64,000 nucleotides of DNA from Candidatus Heimdallarchaeota archaeon (GTDB lineage: Archaea; Asgardarchaeota; Heimdallarchaeia; JABLTI01). The stretch is taken from positions 96,001 to 160,000 of the forward strand of contig JABCTZ010000019.1 of the NCBI GenBank assembly GCA_018238155.1. Direction: 5' to 3'. A program made the position numbers and the translations under genes. Below the pieces are notes generated by a model, which worked only from the letters and a program-made list of their open reading frames with translations, searched no databases and was not told where the DNA came from. Below are positions 37,216 through 48,189 of this stretch, in pieces. Position 1 is the first letter of the stretch; every line of letters begins with the position of its first letter.

Positions 37216-38547
37216 TTGGCTTCCAAAATTGATAGAAAGGAACTTATTGATTTATTAGAAAAGCTTGTGAGATTCGATACGGTAAATGATTTATCGAAAG
37301 GTAAGAAATTGACCAAAGAGTGCCCTCAGTTCATTGTTAATTACCTCAAAGAGAGAAGTGTTACAGCAGAAATTTTTGATGATGAAGGATTTTATTCTGT
37401 ATTTGGGAAAATAGGTAAAGGGAAATATCATCTGTTGTTAATGGCTCATTTTGACGTCGTTCCTGTTGGTGATGGTTGGGATACAGACCCATTCAAAATG
37501 GAAGTTAAGGATGGTCTAGCTTATGGTCGAGGAGTTATTGATAATAAAAATAATATTGCATCAATAATGACCATCTTACCTGAAATACAAAAGCTAAACT
37601 TAGATAAAATGTCAGTTTGTTTCGAGCTCTCTGGAGATGAGGAAATTGGAGGGGTTCATAGTGCAGGAAATTATCTAAAAAAATTCGGTAGAATGCCTGA
37701 TGCAGTTATGAATTTAGATGGCGCTGGAACAGTAGTAATCTCAAGAAGACGAAATGCCATGGGTGCTAAGGTCTCTATTCCTAAAAAGAAAGATACTATC
37801 AAAGGAAAAATCATCTCAAAGAAATTCGAGTCAAATCAATGGGGACGGCACTCTGCTTATCAACATCCTGGTGCAGATGTCCATGCAATGATCCTGGCAT
37901 CTCGAGAGGTATCTTTTAATGATTGGAAGGTAGCGAGTATTTCCGGGAAATTCATCAAAGGAAATGTTGTTCCTGATGAAATAATCTTGGATGTAGTTGT
38001 CTCAGAAGAGAATGGACAAGAAATAGAATATGATGAAGGATTAACAACAATTTTTGAAAAACTTAGATTTCTAGTTCGAACACAGCTACAAACGGAGTTC
38101 TCTACCTATGGTGTTACGATCGGTCCAAACGTCCTTTCTGACAATGACGATGCTTGGGAACTTTTACTTGATATCAGAGCTATGACTCAAAAATATGATG
38201 AAGTAGAAGTAGCTCTAAGAGAAATGTGCGATGAATTATTTGGTGAGAAATCATACCAATTGAATTTCAAACCTGGTCAAGGAATGGTGAACACTCCCAA
38301 AGATGCTTTGATAATTAAAATGGCGATGGATTTATCAAAGAAATATGACTATCCAGCAAAAATAGTTGAAATGGGTGGAGCATCTGATGCACGGTATTTC
38401 TCTATGCTAGGCATACCAACATTCGATTTCGGACCAATAGGTGGTGGTGTTCATGCGAGAAATGAATGGTTAAACATTGATTCCTTTGTAAAAGTGACTG
38501 ATTTTTATCTAGATTTGGTTGAAGAAGTTCTCAACAAGGTTAAGTAA
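37216..38547 (+). CDS. M20 family metallopeptidase/deacylase (ArgE/DapE-like)
   Basis: AHFDVVP, YGRGVIDNK, DEEIGG, GGASDAR, HARNE. Confidence 0.9.
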   Translation: MASKIDRKELIDLLEKLVRFDTVNDLSKGKKLTKECPQFIVNYLKERSVTAEIFDDEGFYSVFGKIGKGKYHLLLMAHFDVVPVGDGWDTDPFKMEVKDGLAYGRGVIDNKNNIASIMTILPEIQKLNLDKMSVCFELSGDEEIGGVHSAGNYLKKFGRMPDAVMNLDGAGTVVISRRRNAMGAKVSIPKKKDTIKGKIISKKFESNQWGRHSAYQHPGADVHAMILASREVSFNDWKVASISGKFIKGNVVPDEIILDVVVSEENGQEIEYDEGLTTIFEKLRFLVRTQLQTEFSTYGVTIGPNVLSDNDDAWELLLDIRAMTQKYDEVEVALREMCDELFGEKSYQLNFKPGQGMVNTPKDALIIKMAMDLSKKYDYPAKIVEMGGASDARYFSMLGIPTFDFGPIGGGVHARNEWLNIDSFVKVTDFYLDLVEEVLNKVK

Positions 38548-38665
38548 GTAATGACCTTTCAAGGAAGATTCTCTTCCTCTTTCTTTTGTTTCCTTATTGA
38601 AATATAGATAGCTTAAGATTCTAAGAAAGAGTAGAATTAAAACCAAAAAAAGCAGAGTAACAAAT

Positions 38666-41341
38666 TCAAATTTCTTTTAAAGTAAAGTAGAATATTGAAC
38701 CTTCGCTTACCTTGCTTTCAATCCAAATTTTACCATGATGCTTTTCGATAATACGTTTCACAATAGCTAACCCAATACCAAAACCACTATACTCATCTGA
38801 TGAATGAAATCGTTGAAATGGTTTGAATATTTTCTCAGCATCAATATTGAACCCTATTCCATTATCTCGAATGAAGTAAACAGTGTTCCCTTCATGTTTT
38901 TTTGTACCAAAGACAATCAACGGTTTTTCGACTTTTTTTGAAAATTTAAAAGCATTATCAAGTAAATTAAATAGTAACATCTGAATTAAACGAGAATCAC
39001 AATGAACTTCAATATTTTTCTTAACCTTGAGCTTAACTTTTTCATCTGGATATAATGCTTTGATATTCTCAAAAGTAGCCTTAACATAATTACTAAGATT
39101 TATTTTTTTCCAATCCATTTCAAAACTTGAGACCATTGCTAAATTAGTTAATTCATCAATAAGAATATCCATTTTAGTTGTAGCTTTTCTTATTCTAGTG
39201 AAATATTCTTTTGCTTTATCATCGAAAAGGGATGAATATTCCTCATTCAATAAGTGAGTTAATCCATTAATACCTCTCAAAGGTGTTCTCAAATCATGAG
39301 AAATGGTATAGGAGAATTCTTCTAGCTCAGTGATTGTCTTTTGCAATTCCTTAGTGCGTTCATCAACACGTTGTTCTAACTTCTCATTTAACATCCGCAG
39401 TTTCTCTTCACTAGCTTTCAGAGCTTGATCACTCAGCATTCTTTCTAAGACTGTTGAGAGGATACCTGTTAAGGTTTCAAATAATGATTCGTCTTCCTTA
39501 TGAAGTTCTTTCAAATTATAAGCACCAATTGCAAATGTGCCAATAAATTCTTGCTTTGAATTAAGCAATGGCCAAACTACTTGTGATTTAATTTGCAGTG
39601 CTGCCAATCTTTGTTTATGTTTATTAGAAAGTGAACTTTTGCTAACTTCTGGAGAATAAAAAATACTTTTTGTTCTAGCTACATGTGCAACAAAAAAATC
39701 TGGATCATTGATTGAAATAGATTCAATTATTCTGCTTTTTTCATGTGGTTTTATTCCAGCATCTGCAATAAGAACAAGTGTTTGTTTCTTCAGATTTAGC
39801 AATCGAATGGTCCCAACATCAAATTCAAATGAATTCATTATTCCAACTAATGCTGCTTTTGCTAAGCTTTGAATATCTTTTGCAAATAATGCTGCTTCTG
39901 CAACAATACGAAAAGCTTTACGTTCTCTTCTTTGTTTTTCTTCTAAATTTCTTTTCTCAGTAATATCAAATAAAATACTTCGATAATGAGTTATTTTACC
40001 TCTAGAATTCTTTCTAACTGATGAGAATCCAATAATCCAGAGCATCTTATTATCTTTAGTGCGAACTCTATACTCAACACTATACTCACCAAGGACTTTC
40101 TTCTTGCCTATTTCTCTGGCTTTTTCATCAACACGTTTTGCATCTTCTTCGGGAACAATGTCATAATAACTTATTTTACCACTATAGAATTCCTCTGGAG
40201 TGTATCCCCATTGATCGATGACGTTATCTGAGATAAATTCAATAGGCCAATTAGGCTCATTGCGCCATAAAATAACTAGAGCAGAGCTTGAACTAATTAT
40301 ACGATTAAGTTCCTCGCGCTCATTGTAAGCTCTAGCTAATGCTTCCTCAGCAAGAAGTTTCGCTATAGCATTTGCTAACACTCCTGTTATAGTCTCAAAG
40401 AATCTCTTTTCTCTATTAGAAAGTGTTTTGTTTTCACACGAGGAAAGTTGAATGGAACCAACAGGTTCTCTATTTGTTCCTAATAACGGGCTTGCAATAC
40501 CCGATTTAATATTAAATTTCATTAAACTAGGATAAAATTCCTTTAGAGATTCATCTTGAAAAACATCTGCTGAAGTAATCGTTTTTCTATTATTTACTAC
40601 ATAAACCATTATATTTGTGTCATCTATCAAAGATAAATCTCGAAAACTTTCCGATAATTCATCCGGGTAACCAATAATACTTCGCAATTCTAGAATTGAC
40701 TTGTCATTGTTTAACGTGCTAATAGCACCATAATCATATTTCAATATTGATCGTAAATCTCGGAGTATTTCTATACAAAATTTGGAAACATTCGTATATT
40801 TGCTCATCGCATTAGCAATAAGCGCAAAAGCTTTGCTTTCCATTTCAAGTGTTATTTCTAATTGCTTTTTTTTGGAAACATCTCTAAAAAAACTCTGTAT
40901 ATAGATTCCATTTCCATCTTCATCACATACTAGAATTGGTTTTATTTCTGCAGTAAAAATTTCACCATTTTTTCTTCTATAAATGCGCTCATAAACAGGA
41001 ATCTTTTTGCCAGCCCATATATCCTTCCACCGTTGGTTGGCTTTTTCCTTCTCAGATTCAGCTATTAGTTCGGTACCATGACGACCCATTAATTCTTCAA
41101 TAGTGTATCCAAAAAGATCTGCAGCAGATTGATTGACATTGGTGTAATACCCATTTTTGTCTATAAACATTAATGCTTCATACTCAATTTCAAACAATGC
41201 TTTGATTTTAGTTTCTGACTCTTTTAATTGCTTTTCTAATGATTTAATGCTTTTTTTAAGTGAGGTTATCTGTTCATTTTTATCTAAGAGCTCCTCTGAT
41301 TTTTTGATAATTAAATTATCTGAAGAGGACTTCTTACTCAT
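38666..41341 (-). CDS. PAS-GAF-PAS-GAF sensor histidine kinase
   Basis: Two PAS and two GAF segments; H-box ISHDLRTPL; NLLDNAFKF, DNGIGF, GFGIGLAIV. Confidence 0.93.
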   Translation of the reverse strand: MSKKSSSDNLIIKKSEELLDKNEQITSLKKSIKSLEKQLKESETKIKALFEIEYEALMFIDKNGYYTNVNQSAADLFGYTIEELMGRHGTELIAESEKEKANQRWKDIWAGKKIPVYERIYRRKNGEIFTAEIKPILVCDEDGNGIYIQSFFRDVSKKKQLEITLEMESKAFALIANAMSKYTNVSKFCIEILRDLRSILKYDYGAISTLNNDKSILELRSIIGYPDELSESFRDLSLIDDTNIMVYVVNNRKTITSADVFQDESLKEFYPSLMKFNIKSGIASPLLGTNREPVGSIQLSSCENKTLSNREKRFFETITGVLANAIAKLLAEEALARAYNEREELNRIISSSSALVILWRNEPNWPIEFISDNVIDQWGYTPEEFYSGKISYYDIVPEEDAKRVDEKAREIGKKKVLGEYSVEYRVRTKDNKMLWIIGFSSVRKNSRGKITHYRSILFDITEKRNLEEKQRRERKAFRIVAEAALFAKDIQSLAKAALVGIMNSFEFDVGTIRLLNLKKQTLVLIADAGIKPHEKSRIIESISINDPDFFVAHVARTKSIFYSPEVSKSSLSNKHKQRLAALQIKSQVVWPLLNSKQEFIGTFAIGAYNLKELHKEDESLFETLTGILSTVLERMLSDQALKASEEKLRMLNEKLEQRVDERTKELQKTITELEEFSYTISHDLRTPLRGINGLTHLLNEEYSSLFDDKAKEYFTRIRKATTKMDILIDELTNLAMVSSFEMDWKKINLSNYVKATFENIKALYPDEKVKLKVKKNIEVHCDSRLIQMLLFNLLDNAFKFSKKVEKPLIVFGTKKHEGNTVYFIRDNGIGFNIDAEKIFKPFQRFHSSDEYSGFGIGLAIVKRIIEKHHGKIWIESKVSEGSIFYFTLKEI

Positions 41342-41574
41342 ATAAAACACCAATAAATAATACTCTCACTAAACCGACATAAATTATTTATGGTAAAATA
41401 CGCTTAAAAACTAAATAAAGTAGTCGTTTTATAAAAAAGATTTTGATTATCATTTCTGATAAATTATAAATGAATAAAAAAGCATCTACAACTTATCTTC
41501 ACTTAAGAGTAAATCTTAAAAGCTAATATGAAAACCAACTAACAAAGTGAAGTATATTATCATCATTAACTTTC

Positions 41575-41659
41575 GCGGGGGTAGCCTAGCTAGGTCAAAG
41601 GTGCTAGACTCAGACTCTAGTCTCGTAGGAGTTCGCGCGTTCAAATCGCGCCTCCCGCA
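41575..41659 (+). tRNA. tRNA-Leu(CAG), intronless
   Basis: GCGGGGG/CTCCCGC acceptor stem, CTAGA-CT-CAG-AC-TCTAG anticodon arm, long variable arm, GCGCG-TTCAAAT-CGCGC T-arm. Confidence 0.95.
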
Positions 41660-41682
41660 CTATTTTATCTTATTCGCTTCTT

Positions 41683-43521
41683 TCAGATATTTAACATAGG
41701 CTTAACAATTTCTTCCAGAATTTCCCAATTTTTCTCTTTAAATTTATTTGATAGCTCAGTTAAATTGATTACTTGTTGCATGTAGAGGAATTTATGCTTA
41801 TTTTCGTCAAGCACCCGAAAAGTTTTCGGCAGTAAATTTGAAAGATGAATTTTTTCCAGACCATCTCCATTGCTTTCTAAATTAATAAAAGAAATCTTCA
41901 CTTGTCCTTTTTTCTTCATCAACAGGATTTGCTCGAAATATTTCTCTGCAATTTCGTCTATTTCCTCAGAATTGTTGTGTGTTACAAGTACAATGTATCC
42001 ATCTGTAATTTTCCTTAATTCTTTTAATTTAGGATTTCTGATATTACTAAAGCTTTGCGCGTTTAGATTCAAAATCTTTAGTGGATGCTTAATTTTTCTA
42101 CTTGATTTATTTGGTTGAACTGTATATGTTAGTGATATACCCGGACTAAAATATTTACGTTGTAGTAAATCATCTAGCTCATGTTTGAACAAGTACTTGT
42201 CATTTATATCTCCATATCCTGCCCGTGAGATGAACAGTGCTCCAAACATAAAGTAACTAACATTTAACTTATTGTTTAATCCAAGAATCACAATATTCCT
42301 AATTCTTCTCCCTTTAGCTATTTGTATCAGAATAATGATGAATGTTATAATTCCAATGAAGGGAGGAAAAAATTTGAAATAAGAAAGTAAGTGAAAGTTG
42401 TAAATTTCTCTATATTCCCAATAAATGAGGAAAACTGGTATAATTGCTATTGTTGCCAGAAGAAAGAGAATGAAATTAAAAATCTTCCAAGGATGTTTAG
42501 GTAGAGTAAATGAATAATTAGTTGGATTCGTAATAGTGCCCAATGACCAATAGGTGCTTGTTGGCGTTTTACTATCCGAATAATCTATTACCGTATGATT
42601 TGTTGGGACAATTCGGAAACGATCTCTTGAAAATAGTATCTTTCCTCCCATAGTTTTTAACATTGAGTATATTTTCTTTTGGATTTTTTTACCTTCATCA
42701 ATTCTCTCTCTTACTTCTCCATTAATAAAACCTAGTTGAGATTCTACAGCTTCTTCTGTAAGCTCTTCTAATTGAAAATACATCCCTTTTGTGTTCTTAC
42801 AATTTTGGAATTTAGCTGCTACTTTTTTCGGTAAATTGTCATATACACTTCTTTCTCTAATGAGATGCTTATAACTATAAATATCAACATCGAATGTCAA
42901 AAGTCGCCCTTCACCATTACAAGTTAGGCAAATAATACTCCCACTACCGTTACAAGTACCGCACGTTTGATCGCCACTTCCATTACAGCTCCTACAGTTT
43001 CCATTAAAGCAATGTGAGCAATCAACCCACCCTCTACCGCCACACCATGTGCAATCATCATCATTAATGCATGAACATCTCTTTTTACCTCTTCCATTAC
43101 ACCAATTGCAATCGCCATCTCCACCGCAGCTTGAGCAATCATCTTCCCCACTGCCATGACAGTTCGTACAAGTAATTTCCCTTCGACCATTGCATTTATG
43201 GCACGTGTGAAATTGAACTGTTTCTTGGAGCGGAAATTCTTGTGTCTGGTTAGTAAAATGTGTAGGTCTTGTAGGGGATGCAACTTTATAATATTTTATA
43301 TGTTCAAAATATGAAGCAGGACGTTCCCGTGTTTGTCTTACATAAAATTCTTCTTCTGTTTCTACTTGAACAGAAATCCCTATATCTTCATCTATTTCAC
43401 GAATTGAAAGCTTCTCTAACACATTTTGCTTTCGGAAAAGCTTGGATCTAAATGAATTATAAGATTCATTCTCAGAGATAAATAACTGAAGAATTGTATC
43501 TGGGTTTAGTTTTCTTGACAT
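41683..43521 (-). CDS. DnaJ-type CxxCxGxG Zn-finger (SSUH2-like) protein with 2 TM helices and a degenerate GTPase-like C-domain
   Basis: Multiple CxxCxGxG repeats, no J-domain HPD motif, two hydrophobic segments, NIVILG...LKILNL...DGYIVLV. Confidence 0.7.
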   Translation of the reverse strand: MSRKLNPDTILQLFISENESYNSFRSKLFRKQNVLEKLSIREIDEDIGISVQVETEEEFYVRQTRERPASYFEHIKYYKVASPTRPTHFTNQTQEFPLQETVQFHTCHKCNGRREITCTNCHGSGEDDCSSCGGDGDCNWCNGRGKKRCSCINDDDCTWCGGRGWVDCSHCFNGNCRSCNGSGDQTCGTCNGSGSIICLTCNGEGRLLTFDVDIYSYKHLIRERSVYDNLPKKVAAKFQNCKNTKGMYFQLEELTEEAVESQLGFINGEVRERIDEGKKIQKKIYSMLKTMGGKILFSRDRFRIVPTNHTVIDYSDSKTPTSTYWSLGTITNPTNYSFTLPKHPWKIFNFILFLLATIAIIPVFLIYWEYREIYNFHLLSYFKFFPPFIGIITFIIILIQIAKGRRIRNIVILGLNNKLNVSYFMFGALFISRAGYGDINDKYLFKHELDDLLQRKYFSPGISLTYTVQPNKSSRKIKHPLKILNLNAQSFSNIRNPKLKELRKITDGYIVLVTHNNSEEIDEIAEKYFEQILLMKKKGQVKISFINLESNGDGLEKIHLSNLLPKTFRVLDENKHKFLYMQQVINLTELSNKFKEKNWEILEEIVKPMLNI

Positions 43522-43903
43522 TTAATCATCTCATGTTCTGGAGTAAATTTTGAGAGCTTCAAAAATTATTATTTTTAATTAAACCTATTAACCTGTTCCA
43601 ATAATTTTAGTTACACTACTTTTTCTCTGAAGTTATTTCATTCTGCTAACTTTTTAAACCTTTGATGTTGGAAATCAAAAAGTCGCTTAAACCCAAATTA
43701 AACAAATGTAGCTGAAAAAAAAATGAAAAGTAGGCTAGCTTAAACAATCTACTTTAAAAATTTTTGAATTACTTATCAAAAACTTCAGCAAATTCTTCAA
43801 TGGTTTTTGCAGTATTGTTTTTTTCTCCAACAACCAGTAAGGTTTGGAATTTTCCCTTTTTTGAATTTGAATATTATTGATAATTACCATTCAATAAATC
43901 ATT

Positions 43904-43936
43904 GAGCTGTGCGTTCCTGTTGTGCCTCCCGCACTA
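43904..43936 (+). repeat. Decayed direct repeat of tRNA-Leu 3' half (att-like)
   Basis: GAGCT-GTGCGTTCCTGTTGTGCCTCCCGCACTA vs tRNA GAGTTCGCGCGTTCAAATCGCGCCTCCCGCACTA; exact 13-mer GCCTCCCGCACTA. Confidence 0.65.
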
Positions 43937-43946
43937 ATAATCATTA

Positions 43947-44186
43947 TTAGATCTCGTTTAGTTCCATGCCAAATTTTGTTGCTTTTCTTTTTCCTAACCA
44001 AAAAACTCTTCGAAAATTGGCTTCCTTAACAATTTGAGCGCCAGTTTTATGTATAATTCTTTTCTCAATAAAATTCCCTTTTAATTCCATAGGAAAATAA
44101 TCGATTTCATAATTAGAGAGAACATCACCTATAGCAGTCTTTTTTGTACGTTCTCTCATAGTGAAATAAATAATCACAGCTTTCAT
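43947..44186 (-). pseudogene. Flavodoxin-like fragment (internally deleted)
   Basis: MKAVIIYFTMRERTKKTA resembles a flavodoxin N-terminus, but the ORF is only 79 aa and the central part is missing. Confidence 0.45.
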
Positions 44187-44447
44187 AGTTTTATATTCCA
44201 CAAACACCTTTTCAATCCTCAAATTTTCAGCTAAATATACTTTGAATTCTATATAATGTTTCATAGAAAAATTTGCATTTTACTTACATTAATTTTAATG
44301 TTCCAAACCCTCTAACAAAAAATATTTCTAACAGTAATCTACATTAAGACCTACTATTAATCTCTTGAAGTTAAATTTGATGATTTAAAATGAATTATTT
44401 TTAACTTTAAAAGTAAAATTATGAAAGGTAATAATTGGGTTGACACA

Positions 44448-45863
44448 ATGAAAACAAATTCTGAATTATTAAATCAAATAGATTTAGATCGTATTCTAAA
44501 AAAAGCATCTACATTGGGTGCATCTTACACAGACATTCGATTTCAAAATTACCAAGAAGAAACAATTCAAATTGAAGATGAGAAGTTAGATAATTTTAAC
44601 TCATCAAATCGAGTAGGGATTGGTGTTCGAGTAACAGTAAATAATGCTGTCGGTTTTGCTTCAACGAGTGACTTAAACAAAAAAAGTGTTGATGAGACAA
44701 TAAGAGTAGCTGTTAAAGCAGCAAAATCTTTTACTAGTAAAAAAGGAGTCTTTGCTCAACCAAAAAAATTAGTTCAAAAACAAATATTTAAACCAACAAA
44801 AATCAATCCTTTTGATATATCTCCAGAAGAGAAAGTTTCTCTCCTTATCGAAGCTAATAAGGCGGCTAAGATAAGTGATGAAATCAAAAGCAGAACTACT
44901 ATAATGGGCTATTCTGAAAATTATCGATACTTTATCTCTTCTGAAGGTTTTCAAAGTATCTCGTCTATTCCTCTAATCGGTATTCATCATTTTTCTGTTG
45001 CTTCTGTTAATGGTAAGCTTGAAAGAATGGGATACGGGACAGGGGATTGTTTGGGTTATGATTTCATTACATCTCGAAATTGGGATGATTTCACTGTAGA
45101 TATATCGGAATTAACTGTTCAAGCAGTAAATGCTGTTGCTCCTTCTTCAGGAACATATACAGTAATTGCCGACCCAGATCTAGTCGGATTGCTTGTTCAC
45201 GAAGCTTTTGGTCATGCAGCAGAAGCTGATTTAGTTTTTACTGGTTCTTCTACTTTGAAGGATCGATTAGGTGAGCAATTAGCTGACGAACAAGTAACAA
45301 TAATAGATCAAGGAGATATTCCTGGTGGTTATTTTGTACCATTTGACGACGAGGGTGTAATGAAAGAAAAAACAGTTATTTTAGATAAAGGTGTTCTTAA
45401 AGGATATATGCACGATAGAAACTCCGCAAATGAATTACACGTTCAACCCACTGGAAATGCCCGTGCGCAAGATTTCGAAAACCAACCACAAGTACGAATG
45501 ACTAATACTTTTATCGATAATGGAAAATATTCATTCGATGAAATGGTAGAGGATATCAAAACAGGGATATATATCAAACGAAAAGGTGGCGGAGGAGGGC
45601 AAGTAGACACCGCTTCTGGAACGTTCACTTTTCGATGTGGAGAAAGCTACATGATTCGTAATGGAGAATTAGCTGAACCTGTTAGAGGTGTAGTTTTAAG
45701 TGGACTGATTTTAGATACTTTGAAAACAGTTGATGCTGTAGGAAATGATCTAGCTATTCATAATCGCTTCTTTGGCGCTTGTGGAAAAGGAGGGCAGCGC
45801 GCTTCTGTAGGGAGCGGAGGTCCTCATATTCGAATTCAAGAAATAACTATTGGAGGGAAATAA
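44448..45863 (+). CDS. tldD: TldD family metalloprotease
   Basis: HEAFGHAAEAD, DDEG, TGNARA, VRMTNT, CGKGGQ...GGPH. Confidence 0.95.
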   Translation: MKTNSELLNQIDLDRILKKASTLGASYTDIRFQNYQEETIQIEDEKLDNFNSSNRVGIGVRVTVNNAVGFASTSDLNKKSVDETIRVAVKAAKSFTSKKGVFAQPKKLVQKQIFKPTKINPFDISPEEKVSLLIEANKAAKISDEIKSRTTIMGYSENYRYFISSEGFQSISSIPLIGIHHFSVASVNGKLERMGYGTGDCLGYDFITSRNWDDFTVDISELTVQAVNAVAPSSGTYTVIADPDLVGLLVHEAFGHAAEADLVFTGSSTLKDRLGEQLADEQVTIIDQGDIPGGYFVPFDDEGVMKEKTVILDKGVLKGYMHDRNSANELHVQPTGNARAQDFENQPQVRMTNTFIDNGKYSFDEMVEDIKTGIYIKRKGGGGGQVDTASGTFTFRCGESYMIRNGELAEPVRGVVLSGLILDTLKTVDAVGNDLAIHNRFFGACGKGGQRASVGSGGPHIRIQEITIGGK

Positions 45864-45864
45864 G

Positions 45865-47190
45865 ATGGACTATTGTGAAATAGCAGTAAACAAAGCAATT
45901 AAACTTGGAATGGATGAAGTAGATGCAGTTGTGCGAAATGAAAAGGTAATTCAAATTAGTTTTGCCCAAGAAATTCAAAACATTAGCACTCTAACTAAAA
46001 CGCTCCTAAGTATTAGAGTGATAAAAGATAAAAAAATTGCAACCTATTCAACAACATTGTTGAATAAGCAATCGATAAATGATATTGTAAAACGAGCAGT
46101 AAAAATAGCTAAAGTTGCTCCTGAGGATCAAAATTGGTCATCACTTAATAAAACGATTAAAAAATCTACCGTGAAAAATCTCTATGATCCTATCATAAAT
46201 AAACTCGATTACGGTGAACTTACCGGAGCTATTAATGCCGGTTTAGATAATGTTGCTAATGATGGGAAAGCGTTGATCACTCGAGGCGTTCTTCATGTTA
46301 CCAAAAGGAAGTTTTCCTTTTCAAATTGCTATTGTGATTCAATGGAACGAAAATCTAGCCACTTTTTTACCTATGTTCTTGCAAAAGCAGTTAAAGGAGG
46401 TGAAAGTACAGGAACTGAACAACTCCAAACTAGATTTTGGAAGGATATTGATTTTACTTCACTTACAAATTCAGCGGCAGAGATGTCACAAAAATATCTA
46501 AATGCTAAACCCATTAAAAGCAAAAAAATGCCTATTATAATAAAAAGTGATGTGTTCGCACGAATTATGAATCGTATGTTAAGTCCAAGTATAAGTGCTG
46601 AAACGGTACGTAAGGGTCGATCTCCTCTAAAAGATAAAATTGATTCTCAAATAGCAATGGAATGTTTCAATGTAATTGATGATGGGACATTAGATAAAGG
46701 GTTGAATTCTAGTAGTTTTGATCAAGAAGGTTATCCAACTCAAAAAACAACTATTATTTCTAAAGGCGTGCTAAAGAATTACATCTATGACCATTATTCT
46801 GCAGTATTGGATAACACACAATCGACAGGGAATGCTAATCGAGGTGGGAGAGCAAAACCAAGACCTAATGTTAGCAATTTAATTTTGGTTAATGGTGACA
46901 AGGATTTTGATGAAGTCATTAGTGAAACTAAAAATGGATTGCTCATCGAAGAAACAATTGGTGAATGGTTGTCAAATCCGACAAGTGGGCAGCTAAATGC
47001 TACCGTAACTCATGGACAGCTTATTGAAAACGGAGAGTATTCTCAATCGGTAAAAAATGTTATTCTTTCGGGAAATTTCTGGGAAGCTATCAAAAATGAT
47101 ATTGAAGCAATTTGTAATGATAGTAGAAATTCCGGAAATATTTATTCACCAAGCGTAAAATTCTCAGAACTTGTTGTTGCAGGAAAATGA
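45865..47190 (+). CDS. pmbA: PmbA/TldE family protein
   Basis: Follows tldD; FDQEG, STGNA, SNL, no HExxxH motif. Confidence 0.9.
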   Translation: MDYCEIAVNKAIKLGMDEVDAVVRNEKVIQISFAQEIQNISTLTKTLLSIRVIKDKKIATYSTTLLNKQSINDIVKRAVKIAKVAPEDQNWSSLNKTIKKSTVKNLYDPIINKLDYGELTGAINAGLDNVANDGKALITRGVLHVTKRKFSFSNCYCDSMERKSSHFFTYVLAKAVKGGESTGTEQLQTRFWKDIDFTSLTNSAAEMSQKYLNAKPIKSKKMPIIIKSDVFARIMNRMLSPSISAETVRKGRSPLKDKIDSQIAMECFNVIDDGTLDKGLNSSSFDQEGYPTQKTTIISKGVLKNYIYDHYSAVLDNTQSTGNANRGGRAKPRPNVSNLILVNGDKDFDEVISETKNGLLIEETIGEWLSNPTSGQLNATVTHGQLIENGEYSQSVKNVILSGNFWEAIKNDIEAICNDSRNSGNIYSPSVKFSELVVAGK

Positions 47191-47349
47191 AAGAGCAAAG
47201 CAAAAATATCATCATCTTTGCTCTTCATCTTTTTCTATTTATTAATCATTTTTTTCCAAGTCCATTAAAGAAAACAGGAAATGGAAAATCATTTAATAAA
47301 ATCCATTACTAGAAAAACTTAGGTTGCTCAATATGCTTTACCTCTCTAT

Positions 47350-47577
47350 CCATCTAGAACATGCTTGACGCGTTTGTTTTTAACTCCTCCTAGATGACGT
47401 AAGAGTAGAATAGCAACCAGTTTATTGTTTTTGGAGGTTTCAAAAATTACTAATCAGTTGATAGTAGATTCCTTTGCGGAAAAGATAACTAATTCAGAAC
47501 GTGCATTTGCTGAGTTTGGCATTAAAAAAAATGGCCAAGCTATTGAACACTCTAGAGAAATCTATGCACAAACTTGA
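47350..47577 (+). pseudogene. Possible degraded GNAT acetyltransferase fragment
   Basis: TRLFLTPPR*RKSRIATSLL resembles GNAT motif A interrupted by a stop; no intact ORF. Confidence 0.25.
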
Positions 47578-47657
47578 ACATGCAAAACAACTATTGGAAA
47601 ATAAGGTATCTAATAATGGAAATTAGAAACGGGATAGTTGAAAACAAATATTCATCT

Positions 47658-48044
47658 CTATCTTTTTCTCTCTTTTCGCTTGTGACCTAGATTGTAAGGA
47701 TCCATTGCACTTCTAGTACCCTTTATTTGATACATTCCCGTATCTTCAGGATAGATTTCTTGTTCAATTTTTATTTCTCGTAATCTTTTTACTTCTTTTT
47801 CGAATTCCTCAGTTGAGATATCAAACCAAGCATATGTCCCTTCGACTTTGAATATTTTCTCAACTTCAATAGGAACTATGAGTTTTTTCTTAAAACGCTT
47901 GATTACTAGAATCATAGCATATGATTTATATTTTTTAATAGTCTTGCCTAGCAGTTTTTCTATTCGAATAATTTTTCCAAGTTTTTTACTATCTTTATCG
48001 GCAGCGATTTTGGAGATTAACTGCTTCAAGCTTATTTTAGTCAT
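47658..48044 (-). CDS. PRC-barrel-like protein
   Basis: AADKDSKKLGKIIRIE...IVPIEVEKIFKVEG pattern. Confidence 0.55.
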   Translation of the reverse strand: MTKISLKQLISKIAADKDSKKLGKIIRIEKLLGKTIKKYKSYAMILVIKRFKKKLIVPIEVEKIFKVEGTYAWFDISTEEFEKEVKRLREIKIEQEIYPEDTGMYQIKGTRSAMDPYNLGHKRKERKR

Positions 48045-48189
48045 CTAGTAATTCCTTCAATAATTCCTCATCCAAGCATGATGTTAAGGATATAGATTCT
48101 TAGTTAATATTCTTTGCATTATCTTTTGAGAAAAGATATCGAAAAAATAGCTGAAACTTAATGATTACGTCTTATGTTCATTTCTTTTT

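Larger units (their letters stand above)
41629..43936. mobile_element. Putative integrase-less islet at tRNA-Leu
   Basis: Bounded by the tRNA 3' end (41629-41662) and a decayed direct copy (43904-43936). Confidence 0.55.

Noticed and set aside
41683-43521. DnaJ chaperone
   Set aside because: It has the Zn-finger repeats but no J-domain/HPD motif or G/F region, and there is no dnaK/grpE nearby.
43750-43900. Short minus-strand coding-like remnant ending AKTIEEFAEVFDK
   Set aside because: Too short and interrupted to assign; treated as islet debris.
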